A stretch of DNA of 64,000 nucleotides from Bdellovibrionales bacterium (GTDB lineage Bacteria; Bdellovibrionota; Bdellovibrionia; Bdellovibrionales; UBA1609): the NCBI GenBank assembly GCA_965205945.1, contig CBDBIB010000001.1, positions 544,001-608,000 on the forward strand, read 5' to 3'. A program made the position numbers and the translations under genes. How positions within the stretch are numbered: position 1 is the first letter of the stretch; each line of letters begins with the position of its first letter. Of the stretch, positions 54,301 to 60,300 are shown piece by piece. The notes beneath the pieces were generated by a model. The model worked only from the letters and a program-made list of their open reading frames with translations, was not told the DNA's origin and did not search any database.

Positions 54301-57300
54301 ACCTGTTCCTATCGTGTCAATAGCATTATTTGTAACTGTAATCGTGTATGTTATAACTTCGCCCTCTTCAGGGTTACTTTCACTAACTGTTTTAACAATT
54401 CCAATATCAAAAATTCTTGCTTCTATATTAGCAGCATCAATATTATTTAACGGATTTTCTTCAGTCTCGTTAAAACTTAATACTTTTGCAGTGTTTGTAA
54501 TTACTCCTAAAGCATGAGCTCCAGCATTTACTCTTGACCTAAAAGTTAATGTACTTGTTACTCCAGCTCCTATAGATCCAATAGTCCAAGTTAAACCCCC
54601 TGTAACTGTACCAGGATCTAAATCATTTCTTTCTGTTCCTCCTCTAATTGAATCTTGAACATATGTTACACCTGCTGGAACAACATCCCCTATGACTACA
54701 TCTGTTGCAACTTGTGTACTTAAGTTTTCTACCGTAATTGTGTATGTGATTTCTTCACCCTCTGCTGGTGTCGCATTACTTACAGTTTTAATTAATTCTA
54801 AATCTATTCCTTTTATTGTAATAACAACTGAATCTCTATCATTAGCCGCTTGATCATCTGTTTGATCCAAAGACGTAATCTCACTCGTATTTGTGATGTC
54901 TCCTTCAGATGCTTTAGCACCTGGATCTACCTTAACTCTAAAAGTTAGCTCCGTAGTAACTCCACCTGCTATTGTATCAATTGTCCATGTAAGCCCTGAA
55001 CCTAAAACATTCTGGTTGTCGCCTCCAAAAATAGAACCTTGAACATATGTTAAACCTGCTGGAACTAGATTCGTTACCTCTACCCCTGTAGCATCTTGTG
55101 TACTTAAATTTCTTACTCTTAATGTATATGTAATCTCTTCACCTTCTGTCGGTGTCGTATTGTTTACACTTGTTTCTATACTTAAATCTAATCCTACTAC
55201 CGCAACCGTCACTTCTCCTGTATCATTTAACGAATCTGAATCTATTTGATCCGAACTTATTCTAGATGCACTATTAATTATTTCTCTATAAAATGCTTGA
55301 GCACCTAAATCCACCGTTGCTTGAAATGTTAAATCTATATCCGAATTTGGTGCTAAACTTGAAATCCTCCACTCTAACCCTGCTGTAACAGGATCTGACT
55401 CATCTACTAATGCTACACCTCCAATGGAACCTTGAACATATGTTAAACCTGCTGGAACTACATCTTTAATTACTATATTTGTTCCAACTGCCACACTAGA
55501 TCTGTTGTCAACATTTATTGTATACGTAAATGTTTCACCTTCTTGAACACTTGTTTTACTTGATCTTTTTGTAACCGCTACATCAAATTCTTGAGCTGTA
55601 ATATTTCGACTTCCATTATTATTTAACGGATTTTCTTCAGTCTCGTTAAAACTTAATACTTTTGCAGTGTTTGTAATTACTCCTAAAGCATGAGCTCCAG
55701 CATTTACTCTTGACCTAAAAGTTAATGTACTTGTTACTCCAGCTCCTATAGATCCAATAGTCCAAGTTAAACCCCCCGTAACTGTACCAGGATCTAAATC
55801 ATTTCTTTCTGTTCCTCCTCTAATTGAATCTTGAACATATGTTACACCTGCTGGAACAACATCCCCTATGACTACATCTGTTGCAACTTGTGTACTTAAG
55901 TTTTCTACCGTAATTGTGTATGTGATTTCTTCACCTTCTGCTGGTGTCGCATTACTTACAGTTTTAATTAATTCTAAATCTATTCCTTTTATTGTAATAA
56001 CAACTGAATCTCTATCATTAGCCGCTTGATCATCTGTTTGATCCAAAGACGTAATCTCACTCGTATTTGTGATGTCTCCTTCAGATGCTTTAGCACCTGG
56101 ATCTACCTTAACTCTAAAAGTTAGCTCCGTAGTAACTCCACCTGCTATTGTATCAATTGTCCATGTAAGCCCTGAACCTAAAACATTCTGGTTGTCGCCT
56201 CCAAAAATAGAACCTTGAACATATGTTAAACCTGCTGGAACTAGATTCGTTACCTCTACCCCTGTAGCATCTTGTGTACTTAAATTTCTTACTCTTAATG
56301 TATATGTAATCTCTTCACCTTCTGTCGGTGTCGTATTGTTTACACTTGTTTCTATACTTAAATCTAATCCTACTACCGCAACCGTCACTTCTCCTGTATC
56401 ATTTAACGAATCTGAATCTATTTGATCCGAACTTATTCTAGATGCACTATTAATTATTTCTCTATAAAATGCTTGAGCACCTAAATCCACCGTTGCTTGA
56501 AATGTTAAATCTATATCCGAATTTGGTGCTAAACTTGAAATCCTCCACTCTAACCCTGCTGTAACAGGATCTGACTCATCTACTAATGCTACACCTCCAA
56601 TGGAACCTTGAACATATGTTAAACCTGCTGGAACTACATCTTTAATTACTATATTTGTTCCAACTGCCACACTAGATCTGTTGTCAACATTTATTGTATA
56701 CGTAAATGTTTCACCTTCTTGAACACTTGTTTTACTTGATCTTTTTGTAACCGCTACATCAAATTCTTGAGCTGTAATATTTCGACTTCCATTATTATTT
56801 AACGGATTTTCTTCAGTCTCGTTAAAACTTAATACTTTTGCAGTGTTTGTAATTACTCCTAAAGCATGAGCTCCAGCATTTACTCTTGACCTAAAAGTTA
56901 ATGTACTTGTTACTCCAGCTCCTATAGATCCAATAGTCCAAGTTAAACCCCCTGTAACTGTACCAGGATCTAAATCATTTCTTTCTGTTCCTCCTCTAAT
57001 TGAATCTTGAACATATGTTACACCTGCTGGAACAACATCCCCTATGACTACATCTGTTGCAACTTGTGTACTTAAGTTTTCTACCGTAATTGTGTATGTG
57101 ATTTCTTCACCCTCTGCTGGTGTCGCATTACTTACAGTTTTAATTAATTCTAAATCTATTCCTTTTATTGTAATAACAACTGAATCTCTATCATTAGCCG
57201 CTTGATCATCTGTTTGATCCAAAGACGTAATCTCACTCGTATTTGTGATGTCTCCTTCAGATGCTTTAGCACCTGGATCTACCTTAACTCTAAAAGTTAG

Positions 57301-60300
57301 CTCCGTAGTAACTCCACCTGCTATTGTATCAATTGTCCATGTAAGCCCTGAACCTAAAACATTCTGGTTGTCGCCTCCAAAAATAGAACCTTGAACATAT
57401 GTTAAACCTGCTGGAACTAGATTCGTTACCTCTACCCCTGTAGCATCTTGTGTACTTAAATTTCTTACTCTTAATGTATATGTAATCTCTTCACCTTCTG
57501 TCGGTGTCGTATTGTTTACACTTGTTTCTATACTTAAATCTAATCCTACTACCGCAACCGTCACTTCTCCTGTATCATTTAACGAATCTGAATCTATTTG
57601 ATCCGAACTTATTCTAGATGCACTATTAATTATTTCTCTATAAAATGCTTGAGCACCTAAATCCACCGTTGCTTGAAATGTTAAATCTATATCCGAATTT
57701 GGTGCTAAACTTGAAATCCTCCACTCTAACCCTGCTGTAACAGGATCTGACTCATCTACTAATGCTACACCTCCAATGGAACCTTGAACATATGTTAAAC
57801 CTGCTGGAACTACATCTTTAATTACTATATTTGTTCCAACTGCCACACTAGATCTGTTGTCAACATTTATTGTATACGTAAATGTTTCACCTTCTTGAAC
57901 ACTTGTTTTACTTGATCTTTTTGTAACCGCTACATCAAATTCTTGAGCTGTAATATTTCGACTTCCATTATTATTTAACGGATTTTCTTCAGTCTCGTTA
58001 AAACTTAATACTTTTGCAGTGTTTGTAATTACTCCTAAAGCATGAGCTCCAGCATTTACTCTTGACCTAAAAGTTAATGTACTTGTTACTCCAGCTCCTA
58101 TAGATCCAATAGTCCAAGTTAAACCCCCTGTAACTGTACCAGGATCTAAATCATTTCTTTCTGTTCCTCCTCTAATTGAATCTTGAACATATGTTACACC
58201 TGCTGGAACAACATCCCCTATGACTACATCTGTTGCAACTTGTGTACTTAAGTTTTCTACCGTAATTGTGTATGTGATTTCTTCACCCTCTGCTGGTGTC
58301 GCATTACTTACAGTTTTAATTAATTCTAAATCTATTCCTTTTATTGTAATAACAACTGAATCTCTATCATTAGCCGCTTGATCATCTGTTTGATCCAAAG
58401 ACGTAATCTCACTCGTATTTGTGATGTCTCCTTCAGATGCTTTAGCACCTGGATCTACCTTAACTCTAAAAGTTAGCTCCGTAGTAACTCCACCTGCTAT
58501 TGTATCAATTGTCCATGTAAGCCCTGAACCTAAAACATTCTGGTTGTCGCCTCCAAAAATAGAACCTTGAACATATGTTAAACCTGCTGGAACTAGATTC
58601 GTTACCTCTACCCCTGTAGCATCTTGTGTACTTAAACTTCTTACTCTTAATGTATATGTAATCTCTTCACCTTCTGTCGGTGTCGTATTGTTTACACTTG
58701 TTTCTATACTTAAATCTAATCCTGCAATCGTTAATATCTGTTCAACACTATTATTTGCGATAACAGAATCGATTTGATCTAATGACTGAATCATTGCAAC
58801 ATTTGTGATTGTTTCGGATATAGCCCTAGCCCCTATATCAACAGTAGCTCGAAAAATTAAATTTGTACTGCTTGCATTTGGAAGAGAGTTTATTGTCCAA
58901 TTTAAACCTGTTAAAGGTGTTAAATCATTATTGCTGTCACCACCTTCAATTGAATCTGGTACATAAGTTAGGCCTACAGGAACTATATTGTTTACAATAA
59001 TATTAGTTCCTTCTACAAGCGCATTATTGTTCGTAAGTGTTAAAGTTACTACTACCTCTTCTCCCTCTTCTAGGGTGCTTTCAGACACCTCCTGTGAAAT
59101 GCCTATATCAAAAGTAATTGGAGTTATAGAAGCCACTGAAGTATCGTTTGTAGTATTTGTATCATTTTCCATTAAAGAAATAATACTTGCTCTGTTTTCA
59201 ATGTTTCTTAAGCTCGCAGCTCCAGCATCCACAGTTACATCAAATGTAATGATGGCTTGATTAAAAGGCGCTTCACTAACAGGCCTTAATTGCGGAATAG
59301 TAAATTCTAACCCCGTGGCTGGAGAAGACTCATCTACAGTAGTTCCTGCAATACTTGATTCCCATGAGTCTGCCACATATGTTACACCATCTGGTACGAT
59401 ATCCCTTACTAAAATAGTATTTAATGTATTTTCTTGTGCGTTGTTTACCGTAAGAGTATAAGAGGCTGTTCCACCTTCTATGACAATCATTGGATTAACT
59501 GTTTTCGTAATACTTGCATCAAAATTAACAATAGTAATTGTAGTATCTGAGGCGTTGTTAGAAAGGTTTTCATCTACTGGATTACTTGCCTGTAAATGCC
59601 CTTCTATCCTTCTAGTTCCATAATTTAAAGCAGCCCCTGGATTCACTATAACTTTATAAGTCATCGTTATAACTTCACCCACCTCAATAGTACCTATGGA
59701 GAATATAATTCCATTATTACCTGGATCAGTATCATCCGGAGTAACACCCTCACCTAAAGCACTAGATGGAACATAGTTTAGCCCAATTGGAACGACAGAT
59801 ATTATTTCAGCACTTGTTAGTTCTTGAGCGCTAACATTTTCTACACTAATTGTAAGTGTAACCGTATCACCTTCATTTACTACTGTTGTGCTTGGTTGAA
59901 TCTGAACCTTTAAATCAGCAGCAGCTACAATAATATCGACTGAATCTGTATTATTAGATACATTACTCTCAGCCTGATCCACAGCTGTTATTGTTGCTGA
60001 ATTTGGAATTGTTGCAATTACATTTGGTATTGCTGAAAAAGTTAATGTTATTACTTGATTAGAATTTATAGTTCCTAATGTCCAAATGATTCCTGTCCCT
60101 GGGTTACTATCATTTACTAAAACCCCTCCCTTTGCAGAAGATGAAACATACGTTAACCTCGGATCTAAAATATCTGTTAATTCAACCCCTGTAGCAGAAT
60201 TTGTACCTAAATTTGAAACTGTAATAGTGTAATCAACTTGCTGACCTAATCCCGGTGCTACTGTATTTGCTGTTTTTAAAACCTTTAAATCAATACCTTG

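Noticed and set aside
54441..58723. CRISPR array or non-coding repeat
   Set aside because: The unit is 1176 bp, in frame and protein-coding, with no spacers and no cas genes.
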